DNA of 64,000 bases, taken from assembly GCA_001512545.1 (NCBI GenBank), contig LFSI01000087.1, forward strand, positions 22,242-86,241. Reading direction: 5' to 3'. This stretch comes from Clostridia bacterium DTU065 (lineage in GTDB: Bacteria; Bacillota; DTU065). The notes under the pieces are model-generated. The model was not told where the DNA came from, searched no databases, and saw nothing but the letters and a program-made list of their open reading frames with translations. A program made the translations under genes and the position numbers. Position 1 is the stretch's first letter. Every line of letters begins with the position of its first letter. Shown piece by piece: positions 26,891 through 35,557 of the stretch.

Positions 26891-28360
26891 ATGACCGAGA
26901 AAACTCAGCGTAAGAAGTTCGACGTCCTGATCATCGGCGGTGGTGTTGTTGGCACTGCTGTGGCCAGAAGTCTGGCCAAGTTGAAACTGAAAACAGCACT
27001 GGTGGAAAAGGAAGTGGAACTGGCCTTCGGCACGACCAAGGCCAACAGCGGTATTGTTCATGCAGGCTTTCACAACGAGCCAGGGAGCCTGAAAGCCATC
27101 CTCTGTGTAAAAGGATGCGACATGTTCCCCCAGGTCTGCGAGGAACTGGATGTACCCTTTAAAGAAAACGGTGTGCTGATGGTCGCCACAAGCGATCGGG
27201 AGCTCCCTCTTCTCCATAAGTTCTACGAACAGGGAATCCAAAACGGTGTGCGCGACCTTGAGTTAATAGATCGCGATCGCGTTTTTGAGCTGGAACCTAA
27301 TCTTTCGAGAGATATTGTGGCCGGCTTGTTTGCCCCTCACGGCGGCATCGTCTCCCCCTTTGAGCTGGCCATCTACCAGGGAGTAAATGCAGAGAAAAAC
27401 GGAGTGGAAATCTTTCTCGACGCAGCAGTGGAAAATGTTGTAGATCGCGGAAATTACATTGAAGTCGCTACCAAGAAGGGCACCTTCGAAGCGGCACTGG
27501 TAGTTAACTGCGCAGGTCTGTTTGCTGACGACATTGCGCAAATGGTGGGAGATACCAGCTTTGCCATCAGGCCTAGAAAAGGTGAAGAGTACCTATTGGA
27601 TAAAAGGGTTGGTAATCTTGTCACCAGCACCATCTTCCCCCTACCTTCAGAAAACTCCAAGGGCATTCTGGTGATACCTACCGCCCACGGAAACCTCATG
27701 ATCGGACCTACAGCTTTGGAGATGCAGGAGCGCGAAGATCTCTCCACTACCCAAGAGGGTCTGGAGGTCATCTACCAGTCTGCATCTAAGTTGGTCAAGG
27801 GGATCAGCAGAAGAGACATTATCGCTTCCTTTGCAGGAGTCAGAGCCGCAAGCGACAGAGGCGACTTTGTTATCGAGTTCTCCAAGGTCGCACCTAGGTT
27901 GCTTAACGTTGCAGGTATAGAGTCTCCGGGCCTTACGGCAGCACCGGCAATTGGCGAAATGGTGCTGGAGATGATCAAGGACTGGTGCAAAGATCGCGGG
28001 ATTCCTGTAGAAGAGAATCACGATTTCAATCCGCGCCTCCCTAAACGAGTACGCTTGCAGGATATAGATGATCCCAGACTTGAGGAGATGATCGCCAAAG
28101 ACCGACGCTATGCCCATGCTGTCTGCCGCTGCGAGCTGGTTTCCGAAGCGGAGATCGTTGAAGCCATCCAAAACGGAGCCAGGACTCTCGATGGCATCAA
28201 GCTGAGAACCAGAGCGGGCATGGGGCGCTGCCAGGGCGGGTTCTGCACTCCCAAAGTTCTGCAGATTATGGCAAGAGAGTTAAACGTCCCCATCACCAGC
28301 ATTACCAAACGAGGCGGGGACTCGGTGATTGTACCCTACAAAACGAAAGAACTGATTTAG
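26891..28360 (+). CDS. FAD-dependent oxidoreductase with C-terminal BFD-like [2Fe-2S] domain (glycerol-3-phosphate dehydrogenase-like)
   Basis: IGGGVVG, TTKANSGIVHAG, GIESPGLTAAPA, VCRCE, RTRAGMGRCQGGFC. Confidence 0.88.
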   Translation: MTEKTQRKKFDVLIIGGGVVGTAVARSLAKLKLKTALVEKEVELAFGTTKANSGIVHAGFHNEPGSLKAILCVKGCDMFPQVCEELDVPFKENGVLMVATSDRELPLLHKFYEQGIQNGVRDLELIDRDRVFELEPNLSRDIVAGLFAPHGGIVSPFELAIYQGVNAEKNGVEIFLDAAVENVVDRGNYIEVATKKGTFEAALVVNCAGLFADDIAQMVGDTSFAIRPRKGEEYLLDKRVGNLVTSTIFPLPSENSKGILVIPTAHGNLMIGPTALEMQEREDLSTTQEGLEVIYQSASKLVKGISRRDIIASFAGVRAASDRGDFVIEFSKVAPRLLNVAGIESPGLTAAPAIGEMVLEMIKDWCKDRGIPVEENHDFNPRLPKRVRLQDIDDPRLEEMIAKDRRYAHAVCRCELVSEAEIVEAIQNGARTLDGIKLRTRAGMGRCQGGFCTPKVLQIMARELNVPITSITKRGGDSVIVPYKTKELI

Positions 28361-28380
28361 TTGGAAGGAGCCCCAAGAAA

Positions 28381-29628
28381 ATGCTTAAATGGCAAAAAGA
28401 CTTAGTGATAATAGGCGGCGGACCAGCAGGACTTGCAGCAGCCATCGCCGCAAGAGACGAAGGGATCGAAGACCTGATTGTTCTCGAACGTCACTCGGAA
28501 CTTGGCGGTATTCTCAACCAATGTATTCACAATGGTTTTGGCCTGCATTACTTCAAAGAAGAGCTCACAGGTCCGGAGTATGCCGAACGCTTCATCGAGG
28601 AACTACAGAAAAAGAATGTACCCTTCCTTACAGACGCTATGGTAATCAGTTTAAGTCCCGACAAAAAACTGCTGGTGGCCTCTAAGGAACACGGCCTTGT
28701 AGAAATCGAGGCTAAAGCAGTTGTTCTTGCCATGGGCTGTAGGGAAAGAACTCGAGCAGCGATCACCATTCCCGGAACAAGACCTAGCGGAGTCTTCACC
28801 GCTGGCACCGTCCAAGCTCTCATTAACATCGAAGGGCTGATGCCGGGCAGGCGAGCGGTTATTGTCGGTTCAGGAGACATCGGACTGATCATGGCAAGGC
28901 GCCTAACTCTTGAAGGAGCACAAGTGCTTGCAGTAGTGGAGATCATGGACTATCCAGGTGGGCTAAACAGAAACATCGCCCAGTGCCTCGAGGATTTCGA
29001 CATCCCCCTCTACCTCAGCCACACCATTGCAGATATCCAGGGCAAGGATCGGGTGGAAAAGGTCTTGGTTGCACCTGTCGACGAAAACAGGCAGCCGATT
29101 TTGGATAAGGCATTTCCCCTGGAGTGCGACACTTTGGTGCTTTCTGTCGGCCTCATCCCTGAAAATGAGCTGTCGCTTGAGGCCGGCGTCGAGCTGGACA
29201 AAACCACCGGAGGCCCAATCGTTTCTGAGTACTTGGAGACCACCACTTCGGGCATCTTCGCCTGCGGCAACGTGCTTCAGGTCCACGACCTTGTGGACAA
29301 CGTTACTGCAGAGAGCATTAGAGCAGGCAAAATGGCCGCAAACTACGTGAAAAGCGGCACTCTTCCAGCCTGCGGCACCGAAACCAAAGCCGGTGACAAT
29401 GTCCGCTACGTTGTACCTCAGAAAATCAGCAAAACCGAAGACGTGGAATTCTTCCTTAGAGCAGCCAGACCTATGGATAGGCCTACTTTGGTAGTGGGAG
29501 ACTCCCTCTACACCAAAAAAATGCGTGAAGCGAAACCTGGCGAGATGATTTCGGTGAAAATCCCTAAGGAAAAACTCCAAAGCTTCACAGGTAGTGAACT
29601 GACATTTGCACTGAGGGAGGGGATCTAA
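28381..29628 (+). CDS. NAD(P)/FAD-dependent oxidoreductase (partner subunit)
   Basis: IGGGPAG, GGILNQCIHNGFG, AMGCRER, GSGDIGLIMARR, ACGNVLQVHD. Confidence 0.88.
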   Translation: MLKWQKDLVIIGGGPAGLAAAIAARDEGIEDLIVLERHSELGGILNQCIHNGFGLHYFKEELTGPEYAERFIEELQKKNVPFLTDAMVISLSPDKKLLVASKEHGLVEIEAKAVVLAMGCRERTRAAITIPGTRPSGVFTAGTVQALINIEGLMPGRRAVIVGSGDIGLIMARRLTLEGAQVLAVVEIMDYPGGLNRNIAQCLEDFDIPLYLSHTIADIQGKDRVEKVLVAPVDENRQPILDKAFPLECDTLVLSVGLIPENELSLEAGVELDKTTGGPIVSEYLETTTSGIFACGNVLQVHDLVDNVTAESIRAGKMAANYVKSGTLPACGTETKAGDNVRYVVPQKISKTEDVEFFLRAARPMDRPTLVVGDSLYTKKMREAKPGEMISVKIPKEKLQSFTGSELTFALREGI

Positions 29629-30002
29629 TGGAAACCAGAACTTTTACTTGTATCTCCTGCCCCATCGGCTGCAGGTTGACCGTTGAGATAGAAGATGGAA
29701 AGATCAAAAGCATCTCCGGGAGCAAATGCCAAAGAGGCATCACCTACGCAGAAAACGAGATCTATGATCCAAAACGCACTTTAACCAGCACCATCAAAAT
29801 TGAAGGCGGTATCATAGACCAGCTGCCAGTTCGCACAAAGGACCCCATTCCCAAAGGAAAGATGAACGAAGCAATGCTTTACTTGAAAGACCTGAAGGTG
29901 AAGGCACCTGTTGCTCTCGGCGATGTGATCGAAGCCGATTTCCTGGGAACTGGGGTAGCGCTGATTGCGACACGCACAGTTAAGGAAAAACGCATTTCAT
30001 AG
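29628..30002 (+). CDS. DUF1667 small Fe-S/metal-binding subunit
   Basis: CISCPIGC...C.RG..YA..E...PKRTLTST. Confidence 0.85.
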   Translation: METRTFTCISCPIGCRLTVEIEDGKIKSISGSKCQRGITYAENEIYDPKRTLTSTIKIEGGIIDQLPVRTKDPIPKGKMNEAMLYLKDLKVKAPVALGDVIEADFLGTGVALIATRTVKEKRIS

Positions 30003-30135
30003 GTGGAAAACCGTCTGAGTCAAACGTTTTTCGAAAAACAGAACACTTTCATCTGAAACAAAACAAACGGCAGAAGGAGCTTGAGTTTTCCTTCTGCCGT
30101 TTTCATTCCCATTGCCCTCTGAGGCAGTGTGTATC

Positions 30136-30603
30136 CTACCAGGTGTACGAAATGCTTACATATGGGGCAGGTACGAAAAGCACCAGCATGATGCCTGCTC
30201 CCAAGTTGAGGTTGGATCTTTCATCCAGGGGAACCGCATAGTCTCCGCCTACACCGACATAAGGGACGAACAGACCTATGGTGCCAAACGACCAATAGGG
30301 ATTGAACGTCCTGTCTCTGTAGGGTTCGAAGTAGTTTTTCTGGCTGTAGCCGATACCAACGTTAAATCCTCTGTAGCCTGCAAGTTCGCCGCGGTCGTTA
30401 TTGATAGCCCAACCAAAGTTGGGAAAGTCGATCCCCAACACGTACTTGGCGTTCTTCAGCGAACTTCCGGCTCTGTAAGAGTAGTCCGGTGTCATTGATG
30501 CTTCCCACAAAGCACTTGAACTGGAACCTTGTGCGGCGCAAATTGACAGTGCTGCGAATACTAAGATGAAAGAAGTGAGCAACAACCTACGTTTCAACTG
30601 CAT
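30136..30603 (-). CDS. secreted protein, putative small outer-membrane beta-barrel
   Basis: Sec signal peptide; Gly/aromatic-rich alternating strands; C-terminus YVSISYTW. Confidence 0.65.
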   Translation of the reverse strand: MQLKRRLLLTSFILVFAALSICAAQGSSSSALWEASMTPDYSYRAGSSLKNAKYVLGIDFPNFGWAINNDRGELAGYRGFNVGIGYSQKNYFEPYRDRTFNPYWSFGTIGLFVPYVGVGGDYAVPLDERSNLNLGAGIMLVLFVPAPYVSISYTW

Positions 30604-30656
30604 TACCTCCTCATTGTTTTTTCGTTCTCTAGGAGCAAATTCATAGAAATCTATGT

Positions 30657-30689
30657 AATTTTATATCATGATGTAAAATTGAACGTCAA
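30657..30689 (-). promoter_or_regulatory. sigA-like promoter overlapped by a 24-bp palindrome
   Basis: TTGACG-N18-TATAAA on -; AATTTTATATCA/TGATGTAAAATT has a single mismatch. Confidence 0.55.
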
Positions 30690-30856
30690 TGCAATTATCT
30701 GTGCAAATACTTATTCCTCCTAAGTCTGCGCCAGATTAGACCGGGAACCCCCTTGTTTTCAAGGGTTTCCTCTAATCTCCAATGAAAATAGCACCAATCG
30801 CGGTTTATACCGCAGACTGATGCTATTTTTCTGCGTTTCTGAGATATGCTATGGGC

Positions 30857-33121
30857 TTAAAAAGTCAGCCCGATGTTAAACCTGGTTTCAAAGTTGCCTC
30901 TGGGGCTTGAACCCATCTTAAGGCCAAAGACAAGGTACGGTATACCCATCTTGCTGTGGAGCTCAACCTCCCAGTGAGGTGCAATGGTATCGCTGTAGCT
31001 GATACCGACTCTGGCGTTGAAGGCAAACCAGTCGGGATTGTAGATTCTAAAGGCCAATCCTCCGCTGAAGATACTGTAGGGATCTCCTACTGTCGGAATG
31101 ATGAATCTACCCAGACCGAACACGCCTACTACACCGCCATACATATCCAAACCGGCTTCGTAGTTGGTGTATCTGGCATACTGGCCGTAACCTCCGCCGA
31201 AGTCTCCGCCGTAGCTGTCGATGCCCCCTCTTAATGTGAGGTTCTTGCTCACAGGCAGGCTGCCGGCAATGCCAATAATAAACGGTGAGTCTTCAACGTC
31301 TATGCCCATAGTTAGGGTCAGACGTTTTTCCACATTGGGAAGCAGCGAATAGGGCACCAGGTTCACGCTGTGTTCGGTTGTCTGAAGATCTCTGACTGAA
31401 ACCCGAGATCTTGAAGCTAGGTTGCCGTAGAATATCTCTACTTTGTAGGTGCCTTCGGGGAAGTCTTTCAACTCCAGAGGTGCTTTGCCGTAGGGCTTAC
31501 CGTCGATGTACACGTCTGCATCTTTAGCATTTTCTGCCTTCACGATCAAAGTTCCCACTTTGCGCTCAAGAGTCTCGTCAAAGACCAAACGTTCATTACT
31601 GTAGATGGTGAAGGTTTTGACGATGGATCTGTAGCCCTCTTTCACGATCTCGAGGGTTACAGTTCCCGGACCGGCCTCAGTGTAGGTGAGAGGCGTCATG
31701 CCTACCACTTTCCCGTCGATCAAAACCGTTGCTCTAGACGGGTTGGTGTATACTGTCACCGTTCCCGGCGGCAGCTGGAGCTTTGCGTCAATGTTCTCGC
31801 GTTTTCCGCTGGTGAACAAGAGTCTCTGCGTATGATCCTTCCAACCTGTGAGCGTCATCTTCACGTCGTGATAGCCCGGTTCAACGTAGTACGGACCTAA
31901 AGGTGTGGTTCCGATGAACTGCCCATCAAGGTAAACCGAAGCTCCGCTTGGGCTTGAGGTGAAGTACGACTCGGCAGGCGGTCCCGAAATGCTGAAGTGC
32001 ACCGGTGCAATCATGCCGGCAGTTACCCATATGGACTGTTCCTGGGTCGGGTAGCCAGGCACCACCAGCTCAAGGCGGTACAGTCCCTTAGGCAGTGTGA
32101 CTGTCAGAGGCGTTGTACCCTTCTTAACACTGTTGACGTACAGCTCGCCTGGTTTGTTGGATGTTACCGTCAGCTGCCCCGGTTTCTCCGGCAAGGCTAC
32201 ATAGACTCGCGTCACCGCATCTCCTGTGACCCTCACGATCTCAATGTGGTCGGAAGATTGTGGCTCGGTAAATCTCAGATGATAAGTTCCTTCAGGGACA
32301 TTGCGAATGGTTATTGGTGTTGTGCCGATAAAGTACCCATCAAGGAATATGCTAGCTCCTCGTGGGTTGGAGTCGATCTCTAAAGTGCCAAACGACACAA
32401 CCCCAAGCTTGCTCACAGAATCTCCCGCTCTAATGCGCAGGTAGGGATCCTGCTTAATAATTCTTCCAGTGGCCATCTTGCCATTAACCGAAGTTATCTC
32501 CACTTCGCCAACTTTGATTAGCGAGGATTTCATATACTTCAGGAAAGCCGGATCTCCCGGCTGCTCTTCGCGGTAGACGTTGAACTTCTGCCCGCGGAAT
32601 ACGCCCAGACCGGTGGTCATGATGTTTACCGTCTGTCCACTCGCAGAGATAACCTTGTGTTCATTGCTGATATTGGTCTTCAAAAGTTGCGCTAGTCCAT
32701 TTGCCAGGTTTTTGTCCAAATCGCCAGGTTTCCCAACCAAGGAGTATTGGATTGACTCTTTGCTTAACAAGTTGTAAAGCCTGAGGGTCGTCCGGTAGGA
32801 GTTGCCTTGCGGAACGATCTCCCCGATAACCACAGCATCAACTTTAGGAACCTGCGGCATACCTCCTGAGTAAGATTCGAGGAATACCCTCCTGTCGCCG
32901 ATCAGCGCCGTAACCTGAGCGCTTGTAAGAACGTTTACTTCACTGGATACGTCTCCGAGCGTTTTATACAGAGTTCCGCTGATTTTTTCAGCATCGGTCC
33001 ACTGAGAAGTGGTGTACGGCTTGACCCCGATAATTGCCACGTCGAATGCACTGGCAAAAGCAGAGATTAATAGGAGTATAATTAAACTCCACAGAGCTTT
33101 GTTTTTTCCGGAGACTGTCAT
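30857..33121 (-). CDS. secreted multi-PEGA-domain protein with putative C-terminal beta-barrel
   Basis: Signal peptide; five repeats of the G.L.V.S.P.GA.V.LDG...G.TP type; C-terminal about 165 aa of amphipathic strands ending FNIGLTF; ATG 33121 after AAGGGG. Confidence 0.8.
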   Translation of the reverse strand: MTVSGKNKALWSLIILLLISAFASAFDVAIIGVKPYTTSQWTDAEKISGTLYKTLGDVSSEVNVLTSAQVTALIGDRRVFLESYSGGMPQVPKVDAVVIGEIVPQGNSYRTTLRLYNLLSKESIQYSLVGKPGDLDKNLANGLAQLLKTNISNEHKVISASGQTVNIMTTGLGVFRGQKFNVYREEQPGDPAFLKYMKSSLIKVGEVEITSVNGKMATGRIIKQDPYLRIRAGDSVSKLGVVSFGTLEIDSNPRGASIFLDGYFIGTTPITIRNVPEGTYHLRFTEPQSSDHIEIVRVTGDAVTRVYVALPEKPGQLTVTSNKPGELYVNSVKKGTTPLTVTLPKGLYRLELVVPGYPTQEQSIWVTAGMIAPVHFSISGPPAESYFTSSPSGASVYLDGQFIGTTPLGPYYVEPGYHDVKMTLTGWKDHTQRLLFTSGKRENIDAKLQLPPGTVTVYTNPSRATVLIDGKVVGMTPLTYTEAGPGTVTLEIVKEGYRSIVKTFTIYSNERLVFDETLERKVGTLIVKAENAKDADVYIDGKPYGKAPLELKDFPEGTYKVEIFYGNLASRSRVSVRDLQTTEHSVNLVPYSLLPNVEKRLTLTMGIDVEDSPFIIGIAGSLPVSKNLTLRGGIDSYGGDFGGGYGQYARYTNYEAGLDMYGGVVGVFGLGRFIIPTVGDPYSIFSGGLAFRIYNPDWFAFNARVGISYSDTIAPHWEVELHSKMGIPYLVFGLKMGSSPRGNFETRFNIGLTF

Positions 33122-33260
33122 GTCAATCATCCCCTTTCTGGGAAAATCCTTCACGAAGAATATTTAAGGTTTACCTGCCCTTTCCCTCCATAAACTGTGA
33201 CTGGTGTTGCAGGTAAACGTTACCAGATTTGCCCCCGGCAAATATTAGACGATGGAAACA

Positions 33261-34370
33261 TCAACCGCGCTCCCAAAGATCCATGTAAGCGTAACTAATA
33301 ATTCCAGCCATGGTTGCAACTTTCCTAAAAGTGGTAGTAACTGGCGTCCTGTTGGGGTCTGCTTCATCTCTTTTCGGCGGGATGAAGTAGCTGATGCCTT
33401 CCTGTCCCAAGACGTTCTGTGAGATTTCGTTAAGCTGCACAGCTGCGTACTTCCTGGCTTTTTCTTGATGCCTTTGCTTCACTAGTGCAAGAAAGACTTC
33501 CGCACTCTTATTCCACGGCGAAGCCCACCATACAGACTCCACTTCTCGCAAGGAAAGATCAGCCTCGATGCACTCGATGACTTTGAGCATGGCCTGGTCT
33601 AGAACCCCGGCAAACTCGGACTTGAGCCCTTGGTCTTCCATGCCGTCTAAAATATCGTGACCGAAAGCGATGACTGTTGCCTGGTAGCCGAGACTATTGC
33701 CTACATCAACTCGGCCGTCGAAGTACTCTGCGTAAGGCCACCAGCCTTCCTGGTGAGCGCCAAAGCGCCGGATCAGATGTGCGGCCACCTCCGACGCCCA
33801 GTCGTGGTACTTCTTCTCTCCGGTTATTTGGTAAGCTCGCATCAGTGCAGCCCCAGCATAAGCGTCTCCGTTTAAGACGTCATGGTGGGTGGCATCTGGT
33901 CTTTTGTAATATACGCCTTTAACTTCAGGATGGCTCATTTTTTCAAGGAATCCAGCAGCTTTAAGAAGAATGTCTTTAGCTGCGGCAGCTTTCCCGTAGC
34001 GATATAGAAAGTACAGAGCGTCTGCTGCTGCCCCAATCTCGGCGATGTCTTTGGTCTCACCACTACCTGGAAGGATGTAGAACGGCTGCCCCAAAGCACC
34101 ATCGGCGTGCTGCCTTAGCCCAGCGCTTTCTACCAGCCCCTGAGCAATTGACAATGTATTATCATGAGAACCGTCTGCAAAAAGGGTTCCGGTAAACAAA
34201 GAAAGCGCAGCTTCTAATGTGGTGCAGCTGCTTGCCATCGAACCGAGCATTTCGTCCTTGATGTCAAAACCTGTCTCACCGGACTCCACTACCTGAGTGA
34301 GAAAGTACTGGTTAAACACATCAAGGAGCACTTCGAACTTCTGCTTCATTTCGTCTTGCCAATCTTTCAT
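33261..34370 (-). CDS. hypothetical protein, probable (alpha/alpha)6-barrel enzyme
   Basis: Repeated helix-pair motifs such as AGAALMRAYQITGEKKYHDWA and GWWPY; no signal peptide. Confidence 0.55.
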   Translation of the reverse strand: MKDWQDEMKQKFEVLLDVFNQYFLTQVVESGETGFDIKDEMLGSMASSCTTLEAALSLFTGTLFADGSHDNTLSIAQGLVESAGLRQHADGALGQPFYILPGSGETKDIAEIGAAADALYFLYRYGKAAAAKDILLKAAGFLEKMSHPEVKGVYYKRPDATHHDVLNGDAYAGAALMRAYQITGEKKYHDWASEVAAHLIRRFGAHQEGWWPYAEYFDGRVDVGNSLGYQATVIAFGHDILDGMEDQGLKSEFAGVLDQAMLKVIECIEADLSLREVESVWWASPWNKSAEVFLALVKQRHQEKARKYAAVQLNEISQNVLGQEGISYFIPPKRDEADPNRTPVTTTFRKVATMAGIISYAYMDLWERG

Positions 34371-34395
34371 CGATGATCACCTCGAGTTTACTTTG

Positions 34396-34617
34396 CTATG
34401 GACGGAATTTGGCCCAAAACTCTCTGCCGTAGGTGTAGATCACCATGGCTATGATCACACTGAGCCAAACAGGAACTAAGAAGCTGAGTACATAACCTAT
34501 TAAGATAACAGAGCCCATGTTCACAAAGACCCGCGTTGAATAGAAGCGGGAAAACCGCTGTCCTCTTGCGTTTCTTCTACGTTGTCTCTGCCACTTCTTC
34601 ATATCGATGATCTTCAT
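34396..34617 (-). CDS. small membrane protein with basic N-terminus
   Basis: 73 aa; MKIIDMKKWQRQRRR followed by two hydrophobic segments; same strand just upstream of 33261-34370. Confidence 0.6.
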   Translation of the reverse strand: MKIIDMKKWQRQRRRNARGQRFSRFYSTRVFVNMGSVILIGYVLSFLVPVWLSVIIAMVIYTYGREFWAKFRP

Positions 34618-34886
34618 TATACCAACTCAACTCCTATAAACAGAAGTATAAACCGCTTTCTTCTGTCCTTTAGTCTATCATTTTTCGCTGTAGTCGTCAG
34701 GAATCTAGCCGAAAAAAACCTTTGGTATCTGGACCTCACCGAGCTGGGCTTTGACTTTCTTTTGTCCCTAATGTACGGTATTATGTAACTAAAAGCCAGG
34801 AGGTCTCATACTGTCGGTACATGCAGGTTGTCCTATCAAATGATCCGTTGGAGGTGTAAAAACTCAAGGCATTCTTGAGTCTAACC

Positions 34887-35546
34887 ATGGAAATACTGCG
34901 CACAATCGAACTTGGTAAAACCTACCGAGATGGTGAGAAAGAAACGGAAGTTCTTCGTGGGATAAATCTTGAAATCGACGAAGGGGAGTTTGTTGCCATT
35001 GCAGGTCCTTCCGGTTCCGGCAAAAGCACGCTGCTGGGTCTTTTAGCAGGGCTCGACAGACCAACTACAGGCCAGGTGTTCATTGGCGAGACGGAGATCA
35101 CCACCCTGCCAGAAAGCCGTCTAGCCAAGATCCGCGGCAGAATGCTGGGATTTGTCTTCCAATCGTTCAACCTCATACCAACGCTGACTGCACTGGAGAA
35201 CATCGAACTGCCCATGATCTTGAACAAAAAACCAGATCCGCAAAGAGCAAGAGAGCTGCTGGATCTTGTGGGACTCTCCCACAGGAGTAGGCACTACCCC
35301 AGCCAGCTTTCAGGCGGTGAGCAGCAGAGGGTTGCTATCGCCAGAGCCCTGGTGTGCGATCCGCCCATTATTCTGGCAGACGAACCCACCGGCAACCTCG
35401 ACAGCAAGAACAGCCAAACGGTGATCGATCTGCTTCTCAGCCTGAACTCCGAGAAGCAAAAAACCATCGTTTTGGTAACTCACGATATGGATTTTGCTGC
35501 CAAAGCCCAGAGAATCGTGCACATCAATGACGGTAGGATCTCATAG
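34887..35546 (+). CDS. ABC transporter ATP-binding protein (LolD/YbbA type)
   Basis: [32 protein letters not shown]; start ATG 34887 or TTG 34875. Confidence 0.93.
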   Translation: MEILRTIELGKTYRDGEKETEVLRGINLEIDEGEFVAIAGPSGSGKSTLLGLLAGLDRPTTGQVFIGETEITTLPESRLAKIRGRMLGFVFQSFNLIPTLTALENIELPMILNKKPDPQRARELLDLVGLSHRSRHYPSQLSGGEQQRVAIARALVCDPPIILADEPTGNLDSKNSQTVIDLLLSLNSEKQKTIVLVTHDMDFAAKAQRIVHINDGRIS

Positions 35547-35557
35547 GGGGTATATCG

